Below are positions 33,801 to 46,850 of a stretch of 64,000 nt of DNA, piece after piece. Location of the stretch: NCBI GenBank assembly GCA_012295275.1, contig CM022665.1, positions 19,530,001-19,594,000 of the forward strand, given 5' to 3'. The first letter of the stretch is position 1; the number at the start of each line of letters is the position of its first letter. The notes beneath the pieces are model-generated. The model saw only the letters and a program-made list of their open reading frames with translations, did no database searches and was not told where the DNA came from. The stretch comes from Chrysomallon squamiferum (Eukaryota > Animalia > Mollusca). Position numbers and translations under genes: made by a program.

Positions 33801-35887
33801 ACTTATAACAAAAAAAAAAAACTCTAAGGAATTAAAACTATACTGTGAATTATGAATAAATATTTGGGACATCTTTATTCAGCAACAAAAAATTATTCAC
33901 ACAAATTTAATTTATGCATATTGCAATCAAAAAAAAAAAATTAAAAAAAAAAAAAAAAATTCTGTACATCTATTTAGCTACCATTGTAACTGCTGGAATC
34001 AGGTTAGTCCATGCACGCATATTTTAAAATGAAAACTGAACTCTTTACAGTACAAATATTTTATAAAAGTCTAATATAGAATGGTTCTTTTTTTTAAATA
34101 TGTATTTTCTACAAGGTTCATCTTTTATCACAGCAGTTGTGAAAACTATGACAATGAAGCCAAAGTTCATATGTATATGTATGTATAATTAAAATAAATG
34201 GAATTTGAATGATAAAACAAAACATCTGTTAGCTTCAAAATTAAATGGTGCTTTGAACAATATATTACTTGCCCCTATGCAGGAATAAAAGGCTGGCCCA
34301 GCCTTCCCCTTTTTCAGACAGCCTTTGTGCCCAAAATTAAAAAAATGCCCACACTCACTTGTCTCATAAAATGTGCCAATAATAATTGTAATGTTGCCTC
34401 TAATCCATGTATATTATTGTGGTCTGCGGGCATCAGTTTGTCAAGTAAATGACACTTTTTAGTGCCAATAAACAAATACAAATGGCATTTTATAATGTGA
34501 ATAACAAATATGAATGACACTATTTAGTGCTAATAAACAAATACAAATGGCACATTTTAGCACTATCAAATATTCATGAAGTTTAACTATGAGCTCTTAT
34601 CAATTCTGTACTTTTGAAGACATGTAATATTAAAAACATGCCCCTTTTTCTACCTGTGTCCTGCCTATTTTTCAGTCTGGGGGAAACACTAGTCTATAAC
34701 TTCTGCTTTTCAAGTATTATACAAGACATTTTTATCTTCAAAGAAGCTTTAAAAAAATAAATTTATATATATATAAATGAGATACAATATAGTCTACAGA
34801 CCAGATATTTAGTTCAACTCATAGAAATAGACTTTATTATAAACACTCCAATCACTGAATCTGATTATCAGCAATAAAAATACATGTGAAAGTTTAATTA
34901 TATGAATGCAAATTATTTGTTGTGTGTGTATATATATATATATATATATACACAACAAATAAATATATATATATATATATACAAGTTTAAAGTTGTGGAT
35001 TATCTAAAGCTGAACATTATTAAGAGGTGATCCAATATTGTATCAAGAAAAAATTATATGCAGAAAACATAAAAACAATGTAACTTCATATTAGTTCTGA
35101 CAACTCTGTAAGTTAAGTATTACATACTTTAATAAATTAAAGGTTTAAGAATCATTGTGGTCAGAAAATGTTATTGGTAGTGGATTTACTTTGATTTGTT
35201 GTCTTTCGTTATTATGTTGTTTATTCGCCCCGCCCCACCCCATATCATATGCTAATGTAATGATTAAAAGTTTTGGACTAATTTTACCAGTTACCTCAGG
35301 GAAACAAAGTGATGGACAGATCTGACGTCTATAATCATATAACCTTCAATCCTACATAGATACTAGTTAAACTAGTGGTTTAAAAACACTGATTTATCTA
35401 TGAATTGTATGTATATCAGTATAAAAATGGAGAAAAAATGTGTAGCCTTCTTTAAATCTCCTTAAATTCAAATTTGTTCTCAATGGAGACAAACTCCTAT
35501 TTTTAATATTATCAACCGATAAATCATTTTTGACTTCAGATATGCTGGGGAATTTAGCATGCAATAGACACTTTTTCTCCTGAACATAAGTACAAGACGT
35601 GCAATGTGTGTAAATGCCTTTCAGTGTATATATATGCGTGTCACATACGTTCGTATTACAATTATGATTATTACCTCTAATTTTGCATTGCACTGAAAAA
35701 CGGTCTGGGCTTTATGACAGAGCTGTGCAAATGCGGCACTTAAAGCGGTCATTTTCTGTCTTCCCTCGAAAGTTAGTTCGCACTGATCTGGATCTATTTC
35801 ACCAAGCAATATGTCAAGATCCACAAATGCTTTATCAAATTCTTTTTCAAGAATTTCAAGCCAACGAAACGACAGCGTGGCAGCCAT
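14215..35887 (-). CDS. GOPC: Golgi-associated PDZ and coiled-coil motif protein (PIST/CAL/FIG); complete gene, 9 exons, 452 aa
   Basis: Exons (-) 35887-35675, 22689-22525, 21539-21364, 18056-17891, 16946-16851, 16678-16514, 15614-15523, 14859-14725 and 14365-14215. GT-AG introns, phases compatible, 1359 nt. Hallmarks: [93 protein letters not shown]. Confidence 0.95.
14725..14859 (-). CDS. GOPC: GOPC exon 8
   Basis: TTTTAG acceptor, [20 protein letters not shown]...RQTS, GTAAGA donor. YRIY matches the YRLY of vertebrate GOPC. Confidence 0.85.
15523..15614 (-). CDS. GOPC: GOPC exon 7
   Basis: [37 protein letters not shown] donor. Confidence 0.92.
16514..16678 (-). CDS. GOPC: GOPC exon 6 (PDZ core)
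   Basis: [23 protein letters not shown]...[14 protein letters not shown]...[14 protein letters not shown] donor. Confidence 0.95.
16851..16946 (-). CDS. GOPC: GOPC exon 5 (PDZ start)
   Basis: [38 protein letters not shown] donor. Confidence 0.93.
17891..18056 (-). CDS. GOPC: GOPC exon 4
   Basis: TTCAG acceptor, [42 protein letters not shown]...PPQH, GTTAGT donor. Confidence 0.95.
21364..21539 (-). CDS. GOPC: GOPC exon 3
   Basis: AAG acceptor, EAEIASRK...[41 protein letters not shown] donor. Confidence 0.92.
22525..22689 (-). CDS. GOPC: GOPC exon 2
   Basis: CTGCAG acceptor, [10 protein letters not shown]...LLQLHSSQL...[14 protein letters not shown] donor. Confidence 0.93.
28805..29212 (+). 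pseudogene. Tigger/jerky-like (pogo superfamily) transposon fragment with psq HTH remnant
   Basis: [46 protein letters not shown]...KLMEEKKKL resembles the JRK/TIGD N-terminus. A TA|CAGGTA-type terminus lies at 28803-28810. Confidence 0.75.
32032..32890 (+). mobile_element. Non-autonomous TIR element with AAAATGGCAC subterminal repeats (MULE-like), copy 1
   Basis: Starts GGGCGTAGGAAAAAATGGCAC and carries inverted GTGCCATTTT repeats at 32807-32890. The body is homologous, in inverted orientation, to 59068-60890. Confidence 0.7.
35675..35887 (-). CDS. GOPC: GOPC exon 1
   Basis: [25 protein letters not shown]...[23 protein letters not shown] donor. Confidence 0.95.
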
Positions 35888-36507
35888 ATTTGATATATTA
35901 CACTGGTTTTCTACATGCTCTTCGCACAGAATAAATACCAGTTGACTAGTTACAGAAATAGTCAAATGCTTGAAATAGCGTAGATGTTGTATCTAATGAA
36001 CTGTGTTTTTAAATTATCACGTTTAATTAACTGAATCTGTCTTCGGTGTGTATAAATAAATAAATATAATCATCGCAAATTGTTAATTCAATAAAGTTAT
36101 TATGACACTTTACTTTTTTCTTCTTTTTTTTTCTATTTTGTAACGGTTAGAGTAACCGTCTTCTCAACGGATTGACATATATAATCATGTGACTGTCACT
36201 GTCAGACTAAGGACGCTTTGCAAAAAACTATCTAAAAAGCACAAAAGTGTGTTTCCCTGTTAATGTGGTGCATTTGTACTGGCGAATAAATCCATAAATA
36301 TTCTAATATAAAAGAGTTTATAGTTATTCTTGTACAGAATATTTTACTTTAAGCGTTAAGTCTGGAAAATAAGCTTTCGCCTGCATAACAGTTGCAGACG
36401 ATACCATATACAAGCTAGCCAATCAGACACAAGCAATAACGGCAACGTCACGGGAATTCGTAAACTTTCCCAGTCACACTCACCATGGCGCGATGTTAGT
36501 GTGCACG
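35888..36507. promoter_or_regulatory. Putative bidirectional promoter of GOPC and the ROS1-like gene
   Basis: Divergent ATGs 620 bp apart and CpG-enriched. Motifs: E-box TCATGTGAC (36185-36193), GCCAATCAG (36418-36426), CRE-like ACGTCA (36445-36450). Confidence 0.6.
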
Positions 36508-36621
36508 ATGGAAAAGTTAAATTTTGTATTTTATTTTTTGTTTGGGATATCCATTGCATTTTGCATTTCAGATTTGGATGATATACAAAATACATGCAAA
36601 CAAAGATGCCATTCAAATGTG
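36508..36621 (+). CDS. First coding exon of a secreted or membrane protein, probably a ROS1/sevenless-like receptor tyrosine kinase
   Basis: ACGATGG start, signal-peptide-like MEKLNFVFYFLFGISIAFC, then ISDLDDIQNTCKQRCHSNV (CxxxC), with a canonical G|GTAAGT donor in phase 0. Confidence 0.7.
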
Positions 36622-37189
36622 GTAAGTTTTCTAAATTTTAATTTCCATCTATTCGCAAATAGCATGTTCTCAGTTCAGTGCATGTTTACCGGTCAAGATC
36701 GCTTCACGAGTTGAGACGCATTTGTGACTTTAAGAAATATAGAAGGAAAGAACATGGAAATATTGTTAATAATTTTAAAATATTTTCTTTTGAATATACG
36801 GTTTAAATATATACATCACAATATAAAAATAGTAAACTGTCGGCAGAGAAATTAAGAAAACAATAAATTTTAATTTTAAACTAAATTCGTATTTCATTTA
36901 TTTGTTTTATCAGTAATTAAATGTGGGATATAATCTTAAATAACTTACAGATTTTATCGTTTATACAATCTTTTTTTAAAAATAATATTTCAGTATTAAC
37001 AGTCAAAATGAGACGCTAATTTTTATTTAGTAAAAATAAATTGAAAAACTGACTTAAGAAATGAAAAAAACAACAAATTTGCAAAAGAAATATAACACTG
37101 AAAGATTTTATTTCACCTATGTACGTGTCTGTATATGTATAGATCTATATATTAATTAACCATTTAAATATGCATGAAATCATGATTTT

Positions 37190-37234
<45 letters not shown>

Positions 37235-40200
37235 ATTATTATTTTTTTCTTCTTCAAATTATTTGAAATAGGGAGCCAGAGATAAGAACTTGTAATTTAG
37301 TTATTTATTTTCTAAGGTCATAAAACATTTTAGACATTTATGGTATTGGCATCAGTGTTTGAATGCATGAGAAGTGAAGCTTATCCAAGAGAAAAAGGAA
37401 AAGTCTGATGGATAAGTTGATTGTTTTTACTGGTCTGCCAAGGTTCAATACACTCTGTTTCATTTAACACCTACATAAATTACTGACAGTTTTATAAGAT
37501 TAACATTTCTGTCCAGATAACTGGTTTTCAGTGTGAATAGTCTGTTAAGTATGATGTCTTCAAAACAACCATGTGTCAATCTTTACATAAATATGTATCA
37601 AATTTTTACATGAAAAATGTTTAATCAATGAACAAAACTAATGATTGAAAAAGGTTTACTATTGTACTGACATAAAATAACAATTTGTGATTTTGAGATA
37701 GTTCATATGTAGATAGTTAAAGCAAATATTAGTTAATTAACAAATGTATATTTTAATTGGTTTTAAAAAAAACATCAAAAATTATCAAAAAAAAAGAAAG
37801 AAAAACAGTTTAAATAAAATATAACACATGTTCACTGAAATTAATATTTTCCTGATTTATATATTTATTTTTATCTTAATTTCACTAAAACACAAAGCTG
37901 TATTAAGAGTATCAGTCTTAATGTAGTGAGTATTACTTGTGGAGCTAACTGGACCTTGTGGACACAAGTCTAGCTTAAAGTGATTAGCTATAGAGATGTT
38001 CAGGTGAAATGCATTCTTGTGCAAGGCAAGTTATTCCCAGTTTACACATAACCCGTACTTGTTGTTTTCTTTCTCAGGAGACATGTTCATTCTGGATTGT
38101 TCTTCATTATTTGTTGAATTTAAGTATTTTTCTTTGAGTAGGCGGTTTGGACTTAAATTCACTTCTAAAGTTTCATAAAATTTATTGATTGAAATAAAAG
38201 AAATAATGTGGGTTTTGTTTAAGATTGTAAAATTAGTGTTAGAATAAAAGTTGTTATTTTCTTGTATATGAGTGCAATTTAATTTGTTATAAAGAAATTA
38301 AATTCATATAATTAACTAACATGATAATCACATAACAGTTTTGTAAGAAAAAAAGATTATTTCAAGTTATTGTTTTGTTTTTAAAAGGTTAAGTTAATTA
38401 GCATTTTTCACATAAATGATATTTAAAATAACTTGATTTAAGATCTACTATAACTATAGTATTTACAGCTCACCTTAAAGAACTGCATCTTCTATATTTA
38501 TGAACAGTGCATTACAGGAAAACTGTTGATTGTAAAGTTTGTTAAGAAGGTTGATAAGAGGTAGGTCTGTTATTTTTTGATTGCTTGCAAATCAAATGCA
38601 GACCTCCCACGGATTTTCTGTCAAACCATATTATTTCAGCTCTTCTTTTGTCCTATTTCATCACAAGTAGCTACCTTATGTAAAACATAGCTCCACAAGT
38701 ATACAGAATATTGCAGCCACCAGTTATAATACACAGCTGTCAGATTCTATTTTGACAGTAAGCCTAGTCATCTTATTTCTGATAACTGTTTAGGACAAAT
38801 ATTTATTTTAATCATTTATAGTTATTAATCTGTTACCTGCACCCAATTATTTAGCATCTGTTTGTTGCAGCCACAGAAACCATTTGTGTTTTTTTTTGTT
38901 TTGTTTTTTGTTCTTTGTGGCACAGTACACATTTGTAGTGTCAGTTTAACTTTGATGCTTCATTAGGTGCATATAAAACTTTGACATTAAAGAACTAGAT
39001 CATGGCTCTTCCAGGGTTAAATAATGGAGACACAAAGTTATCACATTTCCCTAGATTGTGGGTAAAGGTTGCATAGTGACAGGAGCCAGATGGAAATTAG
39101 CTCTGGGAAAACAGTAGTTCTATCCCAGATCAATCTAATAATTATGTACGTCTGTATGTATCTGTTTGTGTGTGTGATATTTCCCATTTCTTTTTTAAAT
39201 AAACAATTGCACATTTGTGTTAAAGATACTTAATGCAATATGCTGTTTTTGTATGATTTCTTAATTTACACAAATTTAACATAGATTTTCTTATTTTGCA
39301 TTTTTAGAATCTTAAATGGAAACAAAAACATATGTATATAAAGTCTAAGCTGAAATTTATGCAGTTTGTTTCTGTAATAATGGTGTAAAATAAATAATGT
39401 TTTCAATTATTATTTAGTTAATAGTTACAATTAATTCCTAATACGTAAGTTAATTCTCATTTTCAAAATTTTTACTTGAAACAAAAGCAAAAGAAATGTA
39501 GTTTTAATAAAAGAAATGACAAATCAAAAATACATTTTTTTTTTATCTTTATTGTTTGTTTATTTCACTTCTTTGTTATCTGAGTGTGTTTTCTCAGGAC
39601 AGAATGGATCTCTGTTTTATTCGTTTACTTCCTTGTTTTGGGAATCATTGGCATGTTGCAAAATACCTGTGTTCAGTCATTTCAGTTAGGAAAACATTTC
39701 AGGTTGCTACTTTATTAGCAATGTTCAAGTATGTTTCTTCCAGCAGAACTTTTAACAGATGTCATTTCAGTTTGTATTTATTTAAATAGGCTAGCAGTAA
39801 CTAAATTTGAAACAATTAGATTTTGTAATAATCATTACCTGGCCAACTATCACTGTGGAATTAAACAGAACATGATATCCTATTTTTCATTTTACAAGTC
39901 TGCAGAAATAGTTTAGGTGACAAAGCAGTTTATTCTGTTATTCATTTATATTAATAAATTTATAACTTAAAATTACAGAAACCAAAAAAGATTAACTAGT
40001 GGCATTATCACAATCATAGCATACTGATTTAATTATTATAGACATTTAATATTAGTCATTAAAATGCAATTGTTTCTTTTATGTTATAGTATAAAGTAAG
40101 CACTGAACTACATATAAGGAATCTATCTGAACACTTAAATACAGGAACAATTGACCACTACATGCGACATTGAATATAAACACTGCTCTTTATCTATCAA

Positions 40201-40534
40201 ATGAGTTAAACTATTTTAATGACAAGATAATGCTTCTGGCTTTTAGAAGGTCATGCCATTCAGAAAAATAACAATGAAGCATTACTGCTGCCATTCTTGA
40301 AAAAATATCCTGTTCATAATTGTCCCACTGAGTGAATTATTTCCTGTATTCAAGTGAAGTTTGTGTCTGAACTTGACAAACTGTATTGGATATCAGCATT
40401 TTATATATATAAAAGATCTGTGGCTTCTTTTTATCGTTTTATAAATTGTATATTATAATAAAATATTTTGGAACTAAATCATGTTACAACAAAAGGTAAT
40501 TTGATTATATATTGAGAATAGAGAGACAATAATG

Positions 40535-41202
40535 GGTGCTACTTTGGTGTGTGATCTACATGCTAATTTGAATTATTATTTTGTTTATTCTTGGGATTTT
40601 TTTTTTTTTCTGACTGCGTAAATGAAACAAATTTTCATCTTATTATATATTTATGATTTACAGGTAAAAAATTTACAAATTTGAAGTTTGGCAGCAGCAA
40701 GTTTTGCAATGTAAAGTTGGCAGGATTTCACTGTTTTTCCCTTTCCTTCATTTCTCTACCACAACTATGGCATGGTGCAACATTTTCTTCATCATCTACA
40801 AGGCCATTTCTTCGTAAAAATGCAACTGTCTTTGTTTCATTTCTGATCACATAAAAATCTTTAGCTAACATCTTAAGGTTTTTTTCAAAATTGAGAAGTA
40901 AATGAACAAGTAAAATCACAGAATACAGATGAATCAGTTCAGAAATGAAGTTTGACTGGGCGTGATATAAGTATTAAGCATTAATCTTAAATGATTTAAG
41001 TTCATCCTATTTAATTCATTTCTGATCCAAGATACTTGTATCTGTTGTATTACTTTATATACCTGCTATAAATTGACATTTCCTGTTAAAGGAATATAAT
41101 TATCCTTTCTTGTCACACTGTTATCTTATAAATATTTCCTATATATTTGTTTTTTGCTGTTGATCGCCCTTTAACGTGTAGATCACAAGCCAAAGTAGCA
41201 CC
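40535..41202 (-). mobile_element. Non-autonomous Merlin (IS1016-like) DNA transposon
   Basis: TIRs GGTGCTACTTTGGTGTGTGATCTACA and TGTAGATCACAAGCCAAAGTAGCACC, with an 8-bp TSD CAATAATG/AAATAATG. Internal minus-strand peptide TVAFLRRNGLVDDEENVAPCHSCGREM resembles the CxxC N-terminus of Merlin/ISXO2-like transposases. Confidence 0.75.
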
Positions 41203-43351
41203 AAATAATGAATAACGTACCAAATTCTCATCCTGAGCTGAGCATTTTATTATATACAGTTACAGGCAACACAGTTTATTGCAAGTTCAATTCATTCCAA
41301 AGTACTTCATAAACCATGTCTTTAATGTACATTTACAAATGAACTGGTTTATTCTTGTACATAAATAAATAGTTAACACATCAACACGTATAGAATAAAT
41401 CATACTCACAGTGTAAACTGTTAAATTAAATAGATAATATTCATAGGCTATTAAAGAATTTATGAAAATAAATTTTACGAAAACAAAAACCCCTCCTGTT
41501 TCCTCTATTATTATTTATTAAAATTTTGGCAAAATGCCAAAGAAGACAGGCAGTCAGTCCATGAATAATTTGACCATCATTATGATAGTTGGTCAGATTG
41601 GAAACATTCAAAGGCAATATCCGTAAGTGCCTACAGGCAATTTTTATGGTGTGCTTTCAAGTTGATTTTGTGCAGTGTTGTGGTAATGACAACTGATTGA
41701 GAGTTCTTGAAAACTGTTGTCCTGTTGGATGCAGCAATCAGAAGGAACCAATCAGTATGGGGCCAATTTTTTTTATTATCATATCTTTGTTAATTCAAAT
41801 AAATATGTTATTAAGACATTTGTGATGAATTTACACATGTAGAAAGCACTTTGCAATTTTATGTATGTGTACATAATGTAAAGTTTAGATCTCCTTTCTA
41901 AGATTTATTAACTTATTAAATTCTAAAAATGGTTTTGATCTTAAAATTAATAAATGCTAGTTGTTTTTAAATGGCCATTTTTGTAAATGTTACTTTTACC
42001 TGTGAAGCTATATAGTTTGGTTACTTTTTAAAAAAGAAAAATACATTTGATAAATATTTGTCAATAATGTCCTTTTTAAAAAAAAATAAAAGTAGAGCTG
42101 AAATGAGAAATTATTTATTGTTTAATTATTACAGGTTTAGTATAGTAAGCAGTATGTCAAAACTATTCTTAACACTTTTCTGATAGGACATTTTATTACA
42201 GAATATATTTTAGGTTTATGTTGAGAAGGATTACCTCCTGTAGAAAACACTGTCAGTTGTTGAGCATGTGCTATGAAGCATTGGACAGGAATTGAGTAAA
42301 ACATGACATGGACAGTTGGCTTTAAGACAGCTCCAAATTGGATAAACGGACAGTTGGCAGCTGCCTGTGGCTTCTAATTTAGAAATCTACGAACCACAAA
42401 GTTGAAATTGAAAAAAAAAAAGAAAAACAAAGAGGATAACAGTTGCTACAGAAGGAATTTGTCAAATTAGAGCATAGCCTTACTATTATGTTTGTTCTTT
42501 TACTTAATTAATCTGTCTAACATGTGAGTGGGTTGTTGTTGTTGTTACACTATAATAAAAATTACTTCTTGTTTATTCTGACAGTTTACATGTTGTTTTC
42601 CTGTCTTAATTTTATCAAGAATTATGAGAATTCTGTGCTAAAACAGAAGGCATCTTAACTAGAGTAGTAATTTTATAAATCAGTACTGTTAATTGCAATG
42701 AGTTGTTAGACATCTACAGATAAATGAATGAAAGTGAATTCTCTGGCTTCTCGAGTTGGTTTGTTTAGTTGCTCTTTGCCCTATCTAAAACAGGAACTAT
42801 GTAGCTGATGTACAGAAATGTTTCCAGTGACATTTAGTCAGGAAGTGGGATCAGAATCTCTATTATTCAATTCAAATTCACATTCTCTGTTTACTTCAGA
42901 GTTTTCTATTTGGTTAAATGAATGTTGATGAAACCAAGTTCTGTAACTGTAAACATGGACTGATAACAGTTTTTTTAGATAATAACATTTTCATTGTTCA
43001 CAAATTATTTTACAGTTTTATATTATATTTCTTATAGGCAGTGTTTCTGAATGAAGCCTGGGATTTTTTTTTTTTTCACTTGCCAGTACACAAAACTGTC
43101 AGTATATTTTACGAAAAAATATATTGATAAAAATGTATTAAATACATTTAAAACAAGTTTTCCACAATTTTTGGATTTTTAACACTTGAAGAAAATATGT
43201 AAAAATTAACTTCTTTAGCATGGATTTTAATTGATCAAAAGGAATATTTAAAATTTTAGGGAAAATGTTGCATTTTATTTTGAAGTAATTAAAGGTGATG
43301 TAGAGAAAGAAAACCCATTGTCATTACATTTGAGCTAGGTATGCTTGTTAA

Positions 43352-43720
43352 TCTGTTCAGCCTAACTTGTATTGACATAGCCCAAGTATCCTCTGGCAGA
43401 GAACAGTTCAGATGGACATTTGAATGTCACTATTTAGGTCGATTGAAACATGTCCAAAGATTTCTGAGTCAGTGATTTTATAATAGTGGTCTTGGGTTTC
43501 ATCTTCTATGCACATCTTTTTATGGTACCAGCAAACTAGAAAACAACCAGTCTACAGAGATGTAAAATCAAATTTTTTGTTAAATGAGTATACTAGCTGG
43601 AATCTTTGCCAACCATATGGTAGGCAAAGATTAGCCCATAAACTCTATATATCTATTTCTGATGATATTCATCCAAATGTCCGTTCTCTGCCACAGGATA
43701 CGTGGGCTATTATTGACAGG
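43352..43720. mobile_element. TTAA-flanked MITE with subterminal inverted repeats (piggyBac- or Kolobok-like)
   Basis: ATAGCCCAAGTATCCTCTGGCAGAGAAC (about 43377) is inverted as GTTCTCTGCCACAGGATACGTGGGCTAT (about 43683). TTAA lies at 43348-43351 and 43721-43724. Confidence 0.55.
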
Positions 43721-46700
43721 TTAATGATAACATGATTATTGGTGCAAAATTATTGCTGAACTCTACAGAGTCATCATTATACTTGTGTATTGGTATCAAA
43801 TGATTACCTATAGATCTTGAATTATCTAATAGTTTTCCTACTTGTCAAGAAAAGGTGAAATAGCTTCAGCACATCTATTTGGTCATAACAGAAGATTTTT
43901 AATTTTAATGGTGTTTTGTACAGTATTATAGGTTATAAGAAACTTATAAAAATCTGTGGCTTTTTGTTGTTGCTGTTATTATTAATTTTTTTATTATTTT
44001 AGTTTTTTTAGCTAATGATAACTAACAGTAAAAAAAAAAGCATTGTTTATGTGACAATACTAACTAAGACACTGAAGATCAGCGTTTGTGCCTCGGAAAA
44101 GATTTGACACTACCTTCCTTGCCTTTGGGGTATTTTGCTTATTCAGCTTAAACTTTTTCAAAAATTATCAATATCCCACAAAAATGCAGTATGTTAAAAC
44201 TTATCTTTTGGACATCAAACTGGGACTTTGAAAATATGATTGATATAAAGTTTCCCCACCATACACACAAAATAAAAAGCTGGCCACCTGGGATTGGGGC
44301 TTGACTTCCCCATCCATACTTCTAGTTCTGGGAGCTATCAGGTAGCCATTAAGATTGAACCTTGCTGCAGATGCAGTATTCCTATTGATCCCTATATAGC
44401 TTGATTTTCTACTTGTATGTAGCCTGTGGCTGTTAACTGATGGGCAAACAATTCATTATGCTTCTGCTTTCTGTAATCATTTCTGGTTGGTCATTATATA
44501 AAAGGTGGCTGTCACGAGGTGTTGGTCCAACCACTTAGGCAGCCACCAGCAGTAGTTAGTTGAGACTGCCACAAGTCTAATTTTTAATGAAGCAATTTTA
44601 AGATTTTCCCCACATTTTTTGACTGCATTACTTTAATTATTTAAAAAAAAATATATATATATATTGTGGGTTGACATGAGAGAGTGTGCATACATGTATA
44701 AATATCAACAGCGTATCATTTAGAATTTTCTTATTAATGGACATGACATCCAAAAAAAGAATTTAAAGTTTTCTTTTTTAATCATTTGTTCACAAGCCAT
44801 GTTACTTTATATTTTTCAGAATCATTCTTTACTAAAGGACAACAACAATGATAAAACAACCTTTAAAATCCAGTTAAAAAACAAACCCCGACCACCTAAG
44901 GAAAATAGGAAATAATTTATTTTAGAATAGTCTTTATTTTAATATCAGTATGAGTAAAGTGGTAACTATATACAAATAAGAACAGTAAAATATCGACATT
45001 AACTATTATTAGACTGTATTTCAGTTAAATCACTAAAAACTCTTGAAAAAAGCAAATCATTAGTTTACTACATGTAAATGAAAAAGAAAATCTACTGAAA
45101 TTCTTTCCCCGAATTAAAAACTAAATTTTGTTTCAGGTCCCAAATTTTCAAACAAAATATTTTGTCAGTTGTGTTCTTGGTCCTGTAGTTATAAAAGTAT
45201 GAACTGGTTTTGTTATTAACTGCCAAGTAGTCTCTTATTGATACCATTTAATTTTTATGGTCATTATTATACCATCTTAGTACACATTTCATAATGAATT
45301 ATTTCTTTGATTAATGTTTTACTACATCTATATAGGGAAAAACTTGATATCTTATTGACCATTTCAAAATTACCTTCCCACTGAGAAATCCATGAAATTC
45401 ATTATATCAGGAATGCAGATTTTTGTTTTATAAAAAAACAAAAAACATTTTACATTTTGAACTGGATAAATTGTAAATTGATAAATTTGTACATGAAATA
45501 ACACGACTATTTGACATAAAAATATATTTTGAAATAGTTGGGTGATATTTCCTGATAAAAGGAAATAAATTAATACAAACAAACAGATTAAGTAAAACCA
45601 TTTAAAAAAATATATATATGTATGAATGTCATGTTTCAAAATAAATATGAAATTAGGCTTTATATTACAACTGAGTAAAACAGTTATTTTCCTTGAAAAT
45701 AGCAAAGTAATAAAACAATTTAAAAAGTGGGTAAAACAAAAATATATATATATATATATATATAAAAATCAAATCATATGAAATAAAATAAATAAATAAA
45801 AAATAAAACAAAACATCACAATGAACTAATTTTTATGTACATTAAGAACATCCATCCTTAAACTTTTGCTGGCAGATGTTGCAAACCACTATGATGTATT
45901 AAATTTCTACAAGTTTTCATTATGGTAACTAAACCTGACTTAAATGTGTAGAGAACATGATCAGAAAGAAAATTACTGGCCAGTTTTAACTGATGAGAGA
46001 ACATCTATTTACTAGCCACACACATTTATTGGGTTTTCTGTGTGCATGGACATGATGCAGTATTAACTTTCCTAACAGCAGGCAAAGACTTTAGATTTCA
46101 ATCAATGATCCTACATCAAGAAATCACATAGCATGCCTTTAATGAACACATCATTGAAGAGTCAGATTTCTTTTGAAAAAAAGTGTAGGGTATTGATATT
46201 ATAAGAGATATATTTAATATGGTTAGGATCATCACCATATTTTGTTTTGGACTTTTTTAAAATGAAACTATTTTCTCTGGACTAACTCCATGATATTTTA
46301 ATATTTTTTTTCTCTCTTTTGGGCATTTATTACAACTAAAATTAGTCCTGTGGTGTGCCTTCATAATGATACAGAGTTGCTGATGTAAAAAGAATCTGAT
46401 ACAAAAATCACCATTATAAGTTTATTAAAAACATCCTAGGAAAATTAAACCTTTTTTAAATCAGATAAAAACTGAATTTAGGAAAGGCTACTGTCCTTGC
46501 ATTCAAATTTTAATAAATTAATGCTTGCAAATAATAATGCATTATATTTATTTATTTTTAATTATATATTTATCTACATGAAATAATTAAAATATATTGT
46601 TAAATTAAAACAGAAGTTGATGTTACGGCTAAATATAAATACTGATAATAACATAAATGCAGATATCAGCTGTTCATTTTTTTTTTTTTTTTTTTTTTTT

Positions 46701-46850
46701 TTTAATGCTTCACCTTGTTTTTCATGTAGATTTTTCAGTAAATCATAAAGTTCACATGGATCACCATTTCAAAAATTTATTTTGAGACATTTTAGGCTCA
46801 TATCATCAATTTATTTTAATATATCACGTACACTTTTCTTAATATTTCAG

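Noticed and set aside
34915-34960. Palindrome ATTTGTTGTGT-(TA)n-ACACAACAAAT
   Set aside because: It is a microsatellite-centred foldback, probably a replication by-product, with no functional evidence.
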